Part shown: one piece after another, positions 1-9,310 of the stretch
How positions within the stretch are numbered: position 1 is the stretch's first letter
How the letters are laid out: each line of letters opens with the position of its first letter
Source: Gammaproteobacteria bacterium
Lineage (GTDB): Bacteria; Pseudomonadota; Gammaproteobacteria; Eutrophobiales; Eutrophobiaceae
Direction: 5' to 3'
NCBI GenBank assembly: GCA_965222155.1
Contig: CBDCTH010000007.1
Coordinates: 1-30,602 of the forward strand
Length of the DNA: 30,602 bases
Program-made: the position numbers and the translations under genes
Notes under the pieces: model-generated
Databases searched by the model: none
What the model was told of the DNA's origin: nothing
Seen by the model: only the letters and a program-made list of their open reading frames with translations

Positions 1-6
1 TAGTAT

Positions 7-351
7 ATGAAGAATAATACTCAATCTATTGCAGTTAAAAAGGCATTGGCGCGGCTGGGACGAGACCTCAATATTGCTCGTCGCAAACGCCGCATGTCGC
101 TGGCCGACTTCGCATCCCGGATGCGCATGTCGCAAGGCACGGTTATCCGGCTGGAAAAAGGAGAGCCCGGTGTCTCGCTTCAGGCGCTGGCCATGGCCTT
201 GCTGGCGCTGGGTGAAATCAGGCGGCTGCATGACTTGCTGGATATTGCAACGGATGATACCGGGCTTCTGTTTGATATGGAATCGCTGCCCAAGCGGATT
301 CGTCATACCAGGGGTACAGCCGGCTCAGGCGTAGCGGGGGCGACATCGTGA
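7..351 (+). CDS. XRE-family HTH regulator / HipB-like antitoxin
   Basis: HTH_3 pattern (RRKRRMSLADFASRMRMSQGTVIRLEKGEPGVS); stop overlaps the start of the HipA-like gene (GTGA). Confidence 0.85.
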   Translation: MKNNTQSIAVKKALARLGRDLNIARRKRRMSLADFASRMRMSQGTVIRLEKGEPGVSLQALAMALLALGEIRRLHDLLDIATDDTGLLFDMESLPKRIRHTRGTAGSGVAGATS

Positions 352-1610
352 GCAAGCGGAGGGTTCGTGCCGAAGTCGTCCTGGGCAGTGATGCCGTCAA
401 GGTAGGTGAGCTGGTTTTTGAAAAGGATGGAGACCGCCAGTTCAGCATGTTCCGCTATGCACTTGCATGGCTGGAACGGCAGGATGCCTTTGCCATCTCC
501 CCTGCCATGCCGTTAATCGATGCCCCCTTTTTCAGCACAGGTGTCAGGGACAAGCCGGGGCTGGCTTTGCCCGACCCGGTTGCCGATGCGTCCCCCGATG
601 CCTGGGGGCGGACACTGATTAATGCGACACTGGGCCGGCGCGCGGATGAGATCGATTACCTCATCATGACGGCTGACCTGACCCGGCAGGGCGCATTACG
701 CTTCCGTGATGAAGACGGTGTCTTCCTGTCAGACAAAACACCGGCGCTGCCGCGTCTTGTCGATCTGCCGGAACTGCGCCGATTGGCGCATGCCTGGGAG
801 ACGAACTCGCCACTCGAAAAAGAAGTCATCGCCCGATTACAGGGCTACGTCAGCTCGCTGGGCGGGGCGCGCCCTAAATCGAATCTGGATGATGACGGGG
901 TACTGTCCATCATCAAGTTCACATCACAGCATGACAAGGCGCCGGTTGAGCGGGCAGAGGTGGCAACGTTGCGCCTGGCCGGCAGGGCCGGCATCAATGC
1001 GGCCCGCGCCCGTATCGGACTGGATAACACCGACAAGCCGGTCGCCATCATTGCCCGCTTCGACCGGAACGGCCGACAGCGCATTCCCTACATCTCTGCC
1101 AGAACTTTCATGGGACGGGATGTCCCGGACCCTGTCTACTACACTGATATTGCCGACATGATGGTTGCCCATTGCGCAGAGCCGGAACAGCAACTGCATG
1201 AGTTGTACCGCCGGATCCTGTTTAATATTCTGGTCTCCAACAATGATGATCACCTGCAGAACCACGGATTTCTTTATGTCGGCCACAACCGCTGGCGCTT
1301 GTCGCCTGCCTTTGATATCAATCCGCAACCCCTGCGTCACCCGCATCTCAAGACCGGCATCAGTGAACTGAGCGGCAATGCGGCCTCCATAGAGGCGGCT
1401 GTTGAGGCAGCGCCGTATTTCGGCGTAGCACAGGATACGGCTGTGAAAACGCTAAAGGCGATGCTGGATGTCATCGAAAGGGAATGGCGCGACCTGTGCA
1501 GGGATGTGGGTATGACGGACGGCGATATCAGCTATTACGAACCCGCTTTCACGCATGGCGAGACCCGGGTAGCCGCACGGATTACCGGTGTGGCAGTTAT
1601 CCCAGCATGA
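348..1610 (+). CDS. hipA: HipA-family Ser/Thr kinase toxin
   Basis: Motifs PDAWGR, SLGGARPK, NNDDHLQNHGF, LSPAFDINP; 420 aa; coupled to the upstream HTH gene. Confidence 0.9.
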   Translation: MSKRRVRAEVVLGSDAVKVGELVFEKDGDRQFSMFRYALAWLERQDAFAISPAMPLIDAPFFSTGVRDKPGLALPDPVADASPDAWGRTLINATLGRRADEIDYLIMTADLTRQGALRFRDEDGVFLSDKTPALPRLVDLPELRRLAHAWETNSPLEKEVIARLQGYVSSLGGARPKSNLDDDGVLSIIKFTSQHDKAPVERAEVATLRLAGRAGINAARARIGLDNTDKPVAIIARFDRNGRQRIPYISARTFMGRDVPDPVYYTDIADMMVAHCAEPEQQLHELYRRILFNILVSNNDDHLQNHGFLYVGHNRWRLSPAFDINPQPLRHPHLKTGISELSGNAASIEAAVEAAPYFGVAQDTAVKTLKAMLDVIEREWRDLCRDVGMTDGDISYYEPAFTHGETRVAARITGVAVIPA

Positions 1611-1699
1611 TTATGATTGGGTAATAATGCTCAAGCCGCCTTTTCAGGCAGTGTAGCGATTTTTAGTTCACGTGCAATCCTGGCCAGCATATTCACCTT

Positions 1700-1785
1700 G
1701 AGCTGATCACGGTGTGGCCAGTGACCGGCTTTTTCATACAGGGAAACCTCTGCGTTGCGAAAATAATCCAGTCTGCCGTCTTCTG
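1700..1785 (-). repeat. 86-bp duplicated fragment from near the 3' end of the alpha/beta hydrolase gene
   Basis: Matches 2041-2126 with 2 mismatches, same orientation. Confidence 0.9.
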
Positions 1786-1793
1786 GACCTGGG

Positions 1794-1818
1794 CAACTTG
1801 GGGTCGGAACTGGATAAC
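1794..1818. repeat. REP-like GGGGTCGGA-CTGGATAACC element
   Basis: Reverse complement matches 4773-4797 at 23/25; a collapsed version lies at 1985-2003. Confidence 0.7.
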
Positions 1819-1940
1819 CTATTAATTCTATTATAATTAAGCATTAAAACAAGGCTATAAATAGGCTTAAAGGGTCAATTTTGGGAGTGAAATACTCCAG
1901 CTAGGGCGCTTACAGCGGTAGCGCCCATAAATGACTCGTT

Positions 1941-1980
1941 TGTACTTCACGAGCCTATAATTCGGGAGGATATTCGCCGG
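1941..1980. repeat. Left arm of a ~40-bp imperfect inverted repeat (partner at 3994-4033)
   Basis: ATTCGGGAGGATATTCGCCGG (1960-1980) is the exact reverse complement of 3994-4014; weaker similarity extends outward. Confidence 0.8.
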
Positions 1981-2004
1981 ATCTGGTTATCCAACCCCAG
2001 GTTC

Positions 2005-2871
2005 TTACAGAAATTCACGCAATTCTGCAACAAACTGCTCGAGTTGATCATGGTGTGGCCAGTGACCGGCTTTTTCATACAGGGAAACCTCTGCGTTGCG
2101 AAAATAATCCAGTCTGCCGTCTTCTGCCGGGTTGGATGCCCAGCTGTCCTTGCCGTAGATCAAACGGGTGGGACAGGTAATCGAACCCCAAAGCTCCTTG
2201 ACGACCTCCGGCTCCAGGTCTACAGGCGGCATTACGCGCAGACAGTTATCGAATTTCCAGCTGTAAGTGCCGTCCTCGTTCTGGATTATGCCGTGATTGG
2301 TGAGATGACGGGCCTGCTCATCCGTCAAATAACTGTTTGCTGTCTTCATGCGCCGGTAAGCTTCTGCCAGCGATTTGTAGCGTTTCGGTTGTCTTCCCGC
2401 CAACTGCCGCCTCTCTTCTATCCAGGTACGCAGCTGCTGCACCATAGGCACGGTTTCCTGTTTCACATGCTTTTCCGGCGGCAGTCCCAGCCCTTCGATA
2501 GCAACGAGCTTGCGTACTGCATCCGGATACAGGCCCGTGTAGCGCAATGAAACAGAACCGCCCAAAGAATGTCCGACAATCGTGACCGGCTGCAGTTCAA
2601 GTTGATGTATCAACTGGGCCAGGTCATAGACAAAAGCCGACATCGAATAAGTGCCATCCGGTGACCAGTCACTGTCGCCATGACCCCTGAGATCGGGCGC
2701 AATGACGTGCCAGTCCCGCGCCAGTTCGCACGCGGTCCAGTCCCAGCTTCGGCAATGGTCCCGACTTCCATGTACCAGCAACAGCGGCGGTGCAGCGGGA
2801 TTGCCCCAATCGACATAATGCAGGCGCAGGCGCTGGGAAATATATCTATGGGAAGTTGGACCGGTAAGCAT
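2005..2871 (-). CDS. Alpha/beta fold hydrolase
   Basis: LLLVHGS, DLRGHGDS, nucleophile elbow GHSLGG, C-terminal AGHWPH. Confidence 0.9.
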   Translation of the reverse strand: MLTGPTSHRYISQRLRLHYVDWGNPAAPPLLLVHGSRDHCRSWDWTACELARDWHVIAPDLRGHGDSDWSPDGTYSMSAFVYDLAQLIHQLELQPVTIVGHSLGGSVSLRYTGLYPDAVRKLVAIEGLGLPPEKHVKQETVPMVQQLRTWIEERRQLAGRQPKRYKSLAEAYRRMKTANSYLTDEQARHLTNHGIIQNEDGTYSWKFDNCLRVMPPVDLEPEVVKELWGSITCPTRLIYGKDSWASNPAEDGRLDYFRNAEVSLYEKAGHWPHHDQLEQFVAELREFL

Positions 2872-3162
2872 AATAAATCCCCGAGGGAAAGAAGAGTTTC
2901 CTATACTGTACGTGTAGTCTGACTGTCGGGAGAAATTTCCATGTTCAGTTTACATGATAAAGGCAATAAATTTGTTTAAGCAGTTCGGATAACACGGATT
3001 TATCGGGGGGAAGACATGAATTCTTATAGACGATATTTCATGGGATGCTTTTATTCGCGCCGACTGGAATTACGTTGACCCATCACAGACACAGTTCAAC
3101 AGGAATGGCAGCTTTTTCCACAAACAGGACAATAGGCGCATCCATCAGTTGGAGTTTCTGAC

Positions 3163-3952
3163 TTGAAGCGGCAGTTGATCATAGCCATTTGTTGTTGGCT
3201 TTTCCTGTTTGAGCCAGCGCAAAGCCAGGCAGAGGTATTGATAATTCATGCCGGAAGCTTGCTGGCCGTGCCCGGCGAGGGCGTGCAGACGGACCAGACT
3301 ATAATTGTAGAAAATGGCAAAGTCAGCAGGATTGAAGATGGATTTATAAACCCTTCAAATGGCAGGCTGGTTGATCTGTCCTGTTGCTTTGTTCTGCCCG
3401 GACTTATCGATTTACATGTGCACCTTACCTCCCGGTTAACACCAGGTGGATCCCTGCGTGTCGTTACGGAAACTTCTGCAGATCTGGCTTTAAGAGCGGC
3501 AGAGTTCGCCCGGCTAAGTCTTGAAGTATGCCTACGAAGTATCAATTGGTGATGACGAAGAGTCATTACGTTCAGGCACGACAGGCTGGCTGCCTGAGCC
3601 GATTCTGAATAGATTATTGTCTATCAAGCAACAACTGTACTCTGCGCAAGAAGCACATAAGCGTGGTTTTACGCTCACGTTCGGTTCGGACGTCGGCGTG
3701 GTTGAACACGGTGATAATGCCGGTGAATTCCAGGAACTGATTAAGATAGGGATGACACCCATGGCAGCGATTGTGACTGCAACTGTCAACGCAGCCGCCG
3801 CTCTCGGTATGGAAGACCAGGTTGGCAGTCTGCAGCCAGGCCTGTCTGCCGACTTGATCGCCGTTGCCGCTGACCCTCTGGCTGATATTAATGAGTTGAA
3901 AAAAGTCGTTTTCGTCATGCGGGAAGGTGTGGTTTACAAGGACAGCCTCTAG
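3163..3952 (+). pseudogene. Secreted metal-dependent amidohydrolase (Xaa-Pro dipeptidase-like), frameshifted with an internal deletion
   Basis: ORF 3163-3552 has a signal peptide and LPGLIDLHVH; ORF 3521-3952 has FGSDVG and GSLQPGLSADLIAV...VMREG; the halves are in different frames and total ~260 aa versus >400 aa for the family. Confidence 0.8.
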
Positions 3953-3993
3953 ATAAAAGTTGCCGCGCCGGCTGTGGTCATAATGATGCCTGG

Positions 3994-4033
3994 CCGGCGA
4001 ATATCCTCCCGAATAGTGATCTCGTAAAATTCA
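3994..4033. repeat. Right arm of the ~40-bp imperfect inverted repeat
   Basis: Partner of 1941-1980. Confidence 0.8.
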
Positions 4034-4121
4034 AGGGATTTAGGTTTGATACAAGCGGATTGACAGGGTCATTTCCATAACCCATGCTATGGCCTATGAC
4101 AAGATGATGAAGGAGAAGTAA

Positions 4122-4361
4122 ATGTTACCTGAACGATGTGTGAGTTTATTCCGTAACGGCCGTAACCAGGCCTTGCGCATACCCCGGGAGTTTGAGTTGG
4201 CGGCCGAGAAAGCTATTATCCGCAAGGAAGGTGACAAACTCATCATAGAGCCTGTCAGGACGGGTGGTTTGCTCGCCTTGCTGGCTACCCTGGAGGATAT
4301 CGAGACAACCTTTCCAGATATGGATGAAGCATTGCTGCCTCCCGATAACGTGGAATTTTAA
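4122..4361 (+). CDS. vapB: VapB/VagC antitoxin (AbrB/MazE-type DNA-binding domain)
   Basis: SLFRNGRNQALRIPREF motif; RBS AAGGAG; directly upstream of a PIN gene. Confidence 0.9.
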   Translation: MLPERCVSLFRNGRNQALRIPREFELAAEKAIIRKEGDKLIIEPVRTGGLLALLATLEDIETTFPDMDEALLPPDNVEF

Positions 4362-4363
4362 TC

Positions 4364-4768
4364 TTGCAGCCAGCTTATCTTCTGGACACCAACGTGGTAT
4401 CGGATTTGATACGTCGCCCACATGGCGTCATCACAAAGAGAATTTCGCTTGAAGGTGAAGACAACGTCTGCACCAGTCTCATTGTGGCATCCGAGTTACG
4501 TTTCGGCGCCCATAAGCGTAGTTCCAAACAGTTGACCCGGCAGCTTGATCTGGTCCTCTCGACAATACAAGTCATGCCGTTCGAGGCGCCTGCCGACCGT
4601 CTTTACGGAAAGCTTCGAGTTTATCTTGAAGAACGAGGCACGCCCATAGGCCCGAATGATATGCTTATCGCAGCACAAGCCCTTGCGCTGGACTGCACTA
4701 TAGTCACGAGAAATGTACGGGAGTTTTCTCGTGTGCCCGAATTAAAAGTCGATGATTGGCAAAATTGA
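4364..4768 (+). CDS. vapC: VapC PIN-domain ribonuclease toxin
   Basis: YLLDTNVVS, SELRFG, GPNDMLIAAQA, VTRNVREFSRV. Confidence 0.92.
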   Translation: MQPAYLLDTNVVSDLIRRPHGVITKRISLEGEDNVCTSLIVASELRFGAHKRSSKQLTRQLDLVLSTIQVMPFEAPADRLYGKLRVYLEERGTPIGPNDMLIAAQALALDCTIVTRNVREFSRVPELKVDDWQN

Positions 4769-4787
4769 GAAGGGTTATCCAGGTCCG

Positions 4788-4842
4788 ACCCCAGGTTCTT
4801 ACAGAAATTCACGCAATTCTGCAACAAACTGCTCGAACTGAT
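4788..4842 (-). repeat. Duplicated extreme 3' end and stop of the alpha/beta hydrolase gene
   Basis: 4788-4836 is identical to 1994-2042 (49 bp), direct orientation. Confidence 0.9.
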
Positions 4843-4960
4843 GACCCTCTCCCCACAAACTGGCCCATCTAGAGGTCAGGAATTTCCCTTAAAATGAGGC
4901 TGCAGTATTCAGCCGTCTGAATACCCAACTAAAGGAAAAGACTACTTGCAGGTCAGGAAT

Positions 4961-5036
<76 letters not shown>

Positions 5037-5098
5037 ATTGACCAATATATTCTGTGCTATCCTGGAGATAACTTCAATATCTTTAAGGAACACCCAAA

Positions 5099-6040
5099 TT
5101 GACCACCGGATTCATCTTTAACGAGGCATTCATGTCACACCATACCAGCGACGGGCATCCGGAATGTGCGGAACGGCTCAGCGTCACGATGGAGCACCTG
5201 AGTGCCCTGCCCTTGTACGACGAACTGAAACATTATGAACCCCTGCCGGTCGAGCAGAAACTCATAGAGGCCAATCATTCCTCCGCTTACCTGACCCGAG
5301 CCCGGCAGACCTGCGCCGGCGGGCGCTCTTTTCTTGACAGCTTGGACGTCTCCGTCAGCGAAGAATCCTATGACGTAGCCCTGAAGGCGGCAGGGGCGAC
5401 CGTTGCGCTTGCGGAGGGTGTAATTAACCGGGAAATAGACAACGGTTTTGCCCTCGTTCGCCCACCCGGCCACCATGCCGAGTATGACCAGGCCATGGGG
5501 TTTTGCATCCTGAATAACGTGGCCATACTGGCACGCTACCTGCAAGCCGTACACGGCCTGGATAAGGTGTTGGTCATCGACTGGGACGTACACCACGGCA
5601 ACGGCACGCAGCATACTTTTGAGGAAGACCCGTCAGTGCTGTTCGCCAGCACCCACCAGTATCCCTTTTACCCCGGCACCGGCGCCTGGTCGGAGACCGG
5701 TATCGGCAAAGGCCGGGGCGCCACCCTGAACTGCCCCATGCCTGCCGGGAGCGACGATAAAGACTATGAAACAGCCTTCATGGAAAAAATCCTGCCCGCG
5801 ATCGATCAATTCAAACCGGAATTCATCATCATCTCCGCCGGGTTCGATGCCCATCGGGACGACCCCCTGGGAGAGATCAACCTCAGCACCGGGTCTTACG
5901 GATGGATGACGGCCAGGGTCATGGAAATGGCGGACAAACACGCCGGAGGACGCATTGTCTCAGTGCTGGAAGGCGGCTATAACCTCACGATGCTGCCGCT
6001 GTGTATCGAGGAGCACTTGAAGGCGCTTTCCAGCGTATAA
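5099..6040 (+). CDS. Histone deacetylase family protein (AcuC/AphA-like amidohydrolase)
   Basis: HPECAERL, RPPGHHA, GFCILNN, DWDVHHGNGTQ, SAGFDAH, LEGGY; TTG start with AAGGA RBS. Confidence 0.93.
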   Translation: MTTGFIFNEAFMSHHTSDGHPECAERLSVTMEHLSALPLYDELKHYEPLPVEQKLIEANHSSAYLTRARQTCAGGRSFLDSLDVSVSEESYDVALKAAGATVALAEGVINREIDNGFALVRPPGHHAEYDQAMGFCILNNVAILARYLQAVHGLDKVLVIDWDVHHGNGTQHTFEEDPSVLFASTHQYPFYPGTGAWSETGIGKGRGATLNCPMPAGSDDKDYETAFMEKILPAIDQFKPEFIIISAGFDAHRDDPLGEINLSTGSYGWMTARVMEMADKHAGGRIVSVLEGGYNLTMLPLCIEEHLKALSSV

Positions 6041-6047
6041 AGCACAG

Positions 6048-6154
6048 GGATATTTGGGGTCAGAGTAAAAATACCAGACAATAATCCGACTCTACCCGCC
6101 AACCTGACTCTATTTTTACTCTGACCCCAAATATCCTGCTTTCGCAGGAATGAC
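6048..6154. repeat. Palindromic element with perfect 26-bp inverted arms, abutting a GGAATGAC-type REP hairpin
   Basis: GGATATTTGGGGTCAGAGTAAAAATA (6048-6073) pairs with 6111-6136; then TCCTGCTTTCGCAGGAATGAC; lies between convergent genes; the right arm recurs at 11138-11162. Confidence 0.85.
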
Positions 6155-6168
6155 GATCTTGGCGTATG

Positions 6169-7206
6169 TCAGTCTCCCGCCTGGGCGTAGTAACAGGTTC
6201 CATTATGGACCTGTTTTGTCAATTTTCCTCGAATATGCAGATACTCAAGGTGCGCCAGGGTCTCACCAAAGGCCATTATGCGGTTGAATTCATCCAGTGG
6301 GCGGGAGAATAACCTGGGGGACACGTCCCAGGCGCTGGCAGGGGTTTCGCATAGGGCGTGAACCTTTTTCAATTGCCGGTCGTGACTATGATTAATCGCA
6401 GCAATCCGCTTATACAAACCGGTGAATACCCGGCCGTGTGACGGCAACACCAGCGTGTCTTCAGGCAATTGTTCAAACCGGGTCATGGACACAAGATATT
6501 CACCCAGGGCGTCTTTATCTTCGTTGTTGATGTGCAGGCCGATGTTACTGGTAATGGTCGGCAGTATCTGGTCGCCGGATATCAACAGTTTCAGTGCCGG
6601 ACAAAACAGCGACAGGTGATCTTCCGCATGGCCGCACACTACCAGGGGCTGCCATTCGTAATCACCTATGGTGATGGGCTTTTCGTGATCAAGAAAAGTG
6701 ATAGCTTCCGGCAGCTTACTCACTGCCGTTCGATAGTATTGCCCGATAATAAACGATAAATACTGGTCTTGATTCTCGATACCGTGTAACAGGCAAAATG
6801 CCTGAACGGTCTCTCTCCAGTCATCAGCCTCGCTGTCGAGCAGGAACCGGGTACTCTCCGCCGTCACCCGGGTCATGGCCAGCTCAGCCTTGAATTTATC
6901 ACCCAGGTAACCGGCTAGGCCGACGTGGTCGGGGTGAAAGTGGGTGACGATGATCCTGCCGACAGGTTTGTCCCGCAGCAGTTCGTCCGCTATCCTGTCC
7001 CATGCCTCCCGCGCATCCTCCCAGGCGATACCCGTATCCACCAGGGTCCAGCTGTCACCGGCGTCCAGTAACCACAGGTTGATGTGATCGAGTCTTCCCG
7101 GCAAGGGAATCCGCAACCAGTATATCCCCGTCCGGATTTCCAGGTGGCCACCCGGATCGGGTACGGCCTCAAAGGGGTAATAAAGTGAAAAATCAGTTTC
7201 GCTCAT
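6169..7206 (-). CDS. MBL-fold metallo-hydrolase
   Basis: LVDTG, THFHPDHVG, GHAEDH, SGDQIL, LPSHG. Confidence 0.92.
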   Translation of the reverse strand: MSETDFSLYYPFEAVPDPGGHLEIRTGIYWLRIPLPGRLDHINLWLLDAGDSWTLVDTGIAWEDAREAWDRIADELLRDKPVGRIIVTHFHPDHVGLAGYLGDKFKAELAMTRVTAESTRFLLDSEADDWRETVQAFCLLHGIENQDQYLSFIIGQYYRTAVSKLPEAITFLDHEKPITIGDYEWQPLVVCGHAEDHLSLFCPALKLLISGDQILPTITSNIGLHINNEDKDALGEYLVSMTRFEQLPEDTLVLPSHGRVFTGLYKRIAAINHSHDRQLKKVHALCETPASAWDVSPRLFSRPLDEFNRIMAFGETLAHLEYLHIRGKLTKQVHNGTCYYAQAGD

Positions 7207-7245
7207 GGGAAAAATGAGGACAGTATATCATCCGCAGACTTGAAG

Positions 7246-7270
7246 GGGACGGAATTTAATTCCGTCCCCG
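7246..7270. repeat. GGGGAC-type REP palindrome
   Basis: GGGGACGGAATTTAATTCCGTCCCC; related to GGGGACAGATTTAAATCTGTCCCC at ~8636 and ~23289. Confidence 0.75.
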
Positions 7271-7296
7271 GTCAGCGCTGGTATGATTCTCCTGTT

Positions 7297-7409
7297 CGTC
7301 ATGCCGGGCTTGACCCGGCATCCAGTAAATTACACACCCGGAAGGGACACCTTATAAAGTATCAAAAGCAACTATTTATTCACTGGATTCCTGCTTCCGC
7401 AGGAATGAC
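7297..7409. repeat. Inverted pair of GTCAT.../...GGAATGAC REP-like hairpins
   Basis: CGTCATGCCGGGCTTGACCCGGCATCCAGT ... ACTGGATTCCTGCTTCCGCAGGAATGAC; the same family occurs near 10816, 22612, 27987 and 29148. Confidence 0.75.
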
Positions 7410-7586
7410 GAACGTGGAGTGCAGGAATGACGAATGTGGGGCGCAGAAATTACTAACTTGGAGTGCAGGAATGATGAAAGTGGGGCGCAGGAATGACGAA
7501 CGTTGGGTGCAGGAATGACGAACGTGGGGCGCAGGAATGACGAACGTGGGGCGCAGGAATGACGAACGTGGGGCGCAGGAATGACG
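7401..7586. repeat. 22-bp tandem repeat, ~8.5 copies (AGGAATGACGAACGTGGGGCGC)
   Basis: Units start at 7401, 7423, 7445, 7467, 7489, 7511, 7533, 7555 and 7577; no unique spacers. Confidence 0.95.
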
Positions 7587-7592
7587 GCAGGG

Positions 7593-8333
7593 TTAGAATT
7601 CGATCTCAATCTGCCAGTGCGGAGTATATGCGGCGCTGCTTTCGGTCAGGCCGATTAACCAGATCAGATTCAGTTCCAGCGTAATGTCACCCAGCTTGAT
7701 GTCACGATAAAAAGCCGGCCCCAACCTGTGTTCCTGCTCGGATAACGCCGGCAAATACTTGATTTCACCCGGCACGCCGAAGGCTTCAAAACCGATGGCC
7801 GTGGTTTCATTCAGGCTGTACTTGGTGCGCCAGATATACTCGAGTTCGGTACTCTCATCCGCGGCGCTGCCGAACTGCTGTTCAACATTCAGGTTCAGGA
7901 TATGCTCAAAAGCGCCGGAGACCCGGCGGAACAGGAAGCGTCCTTCAAGATTATGCGGCTCATCGCTCTCATCGTTCACCTCGATTTCCATATGGAAGCC
8001 GAAATCCAGCCAATACCTGCCTTCCTCGGTAAGCTGGAACGTATTTTCCCAGCCCAGGATGTCATACTTGAGCGCTTCCCCGGCCGGTTCAATCAGGCTT
8101 GCCGTGATGGAAGTCGCCCAAAAATCTTTCACTCCGTATTCGATCTCGAACTCTTGGTGCTTGAAGCCGTGGTGTTCACCAGCGTCATCAATGACTACGT
8201 TGCCGATAACCTCAAATTGCAGGTCTCCCTTTTCAATAATGGGTGAGTAGACTTTTATATCCGTCAGGTCTGCCGACACGCAGGCAGGGAAGGCCGCCGA
8301 AACGATAGCAAGCAGACGCAACAGAAACCTCAT
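7593..8333 (-). CDS. Exported protein, putative outer-membrane beta-barrel
   Basis: Signal peptide MRFLLRLLAIVSAAFPACVSA; alternating beta-strand pattern; terminal WQIEIEF. Confidence 0.7.
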   Translation of the reverse strand: MRFLLRLLAIVSAAFPACVSADLTDIKVYSPIIEKGDLQFEVIGNVVIDDAGEHHGFKHQEFEIEYGVKDFWATSITASLIEPAGEALKYDILGWENTFQLTEEGRYWLDFGFHMEIEVNDESDEPHNLEGRFLFRRVSGAFEHILNLNVEQQFGSAADESTELEYIWRTKYSLNETTAIGFEAFGVPGEIKYLPALSEQEHRLGPAFYRDIKLGDITLELNLIWLIGLTESSAAYTPHWQIEIEF

Positions 8334-8540
8334 AGAGACACACACATTGTTTTAGCCTTTCGAATAATCCATTGAAAACCCTGAGGATTCAATAAGGAGG
8401 CACGCAGAAAACAACCCCTTTATATCCTGTACACCCATGTGGATCCGAAAACGGCTCACACGGGTAAATTGAAATCAAATAGTGAAATTTGGGTGAGTAT
8501 AACGGGAATTATTCCTGAAAAACAGGGGGAAACAGGAGTG

Positions 8541-8660
8541 ACAGCTGCTCCCGCTAACCTCCGGGATCGAGGGCATCTTGCCCTCGTGGAGGGCGAAACG
8601 CCCTCGCTCCCAGGGGAAAATGCCCGTGACTCCTGGGGGACAGATTTAAATCTGTCCCCT
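8541..8660 (+). repeat. ~120-bp composite hairpin repeat (MITE/REPIN-like)
   Basis: An inverted copy lies at 23289-23408; the end motif GCAGYTCCYGCTAAC also occurs at ~10996 and ~22346. Confidence 0.85.
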
Positions 8661-8790
8661 CTGTCTTCGAATCCGGCAAGAATCACTGTATTGACTTCGA
8701 GTCAGCGGGAACACCTGCTGGAGTGAACCATTCGAGAGTAGCAAAAAGCCTCTGCTGGCAGACTGACATTATTTGCAGTATTATTTTCCT

Positions 8791-9039
8791 ATGGGAAGGC
8801 TGGAAAAGTCATTAAGGAAGATGAAGAACAATCCTCGTGATTGGCGGATTGATGATCTCGAAGCTATTGCTGAAAGACTGGATATGAGGATATATAGAGG
8901 GGCAGGCAGTCATGTAATATTCAGACATGACAGATCGTCCGAAGCATTGTCCATTCCTGTGAACCGGCCTGTTAAACCGGTATATATTCGGCAATTTTTA
9001 AGTATGGTTAATGAGATAAACAGGAACGATAATGAATAA
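8791..9039 (+). CDS. hicA: HicA-family toxin
   Basis: NNPRDWRIDDL...GAGSHVIFRH...LSIP...PVKPVYIRQF; overlaps hicB. Confidence 0.88.
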   Translation: MGRLEKSLRKMKNNPRDWRIDDLEAIAERLDMRIYRGAGSHVIFRHDRSSEALSIPVNRPVKPVYIRQFLSMVNEINRNDNE

Positions 9040-9310
9040 AGTGAAATTTGAAGATTATCCCTTTGAAATCCGACCTTTATCCCAGGAAGAGGGGGGCGGT
9101 TACTTGATCACCTTTCCCGACCTGCCGGGTTGTATGTCAGATGGTGATACGCCCGACGATGCCCTGGAAAATGGCAAGGATGCGTTTCAATGCTGGGTAG
9201 CCGCCGCAGAAATGGAAAATGCGCCAATACCGGGAACCTCATCCATACATTCACCTGCTAAACCCGCAAAATCTGCTTCCACCCTTGCTGGAGTCAAACA
9301 GGTTGCCTGA
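9032..9310 (+). CDS. hicB: HicB-family antitoxin (short)
   Basis: EEGGGYLITFPDLPGCMSDGDTPDDALENGKDA. Confidence 0.88.
   Translation: MNKVKFEDYPFEIRPLSQEEGGGYLITFPDLPGCMSDGDTPDDALENGKDAFQCWVAAAEMENAPIPGTSSIHSPAKPAKSASTLAGVKQVA

Noticed and set aside
1631-1699. Minus-strand peptide KVNMLARIARELKIATLPEKAA* as an HTH antitoxin remnant
   Set aside because: Too short to support without a search
4850-4960. Integrase att site at tRNA-Thr
   Set aside because: No copy of the tRNA 3' end or integrase was found in the window, only a short AGGTCAGGAAT duplication; the other end could lie outside the window
7401-7586. CRISPR array
   Set aside because: Units are contiguous 22-mers with no unique spacers, and there are no cas genes in the window
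8439-8726. ORFs 8439-8726 and 8456-8686, and the similar 23207-23515
   Set aside because: Their shared peptide is a translation of the 120-bp repeat
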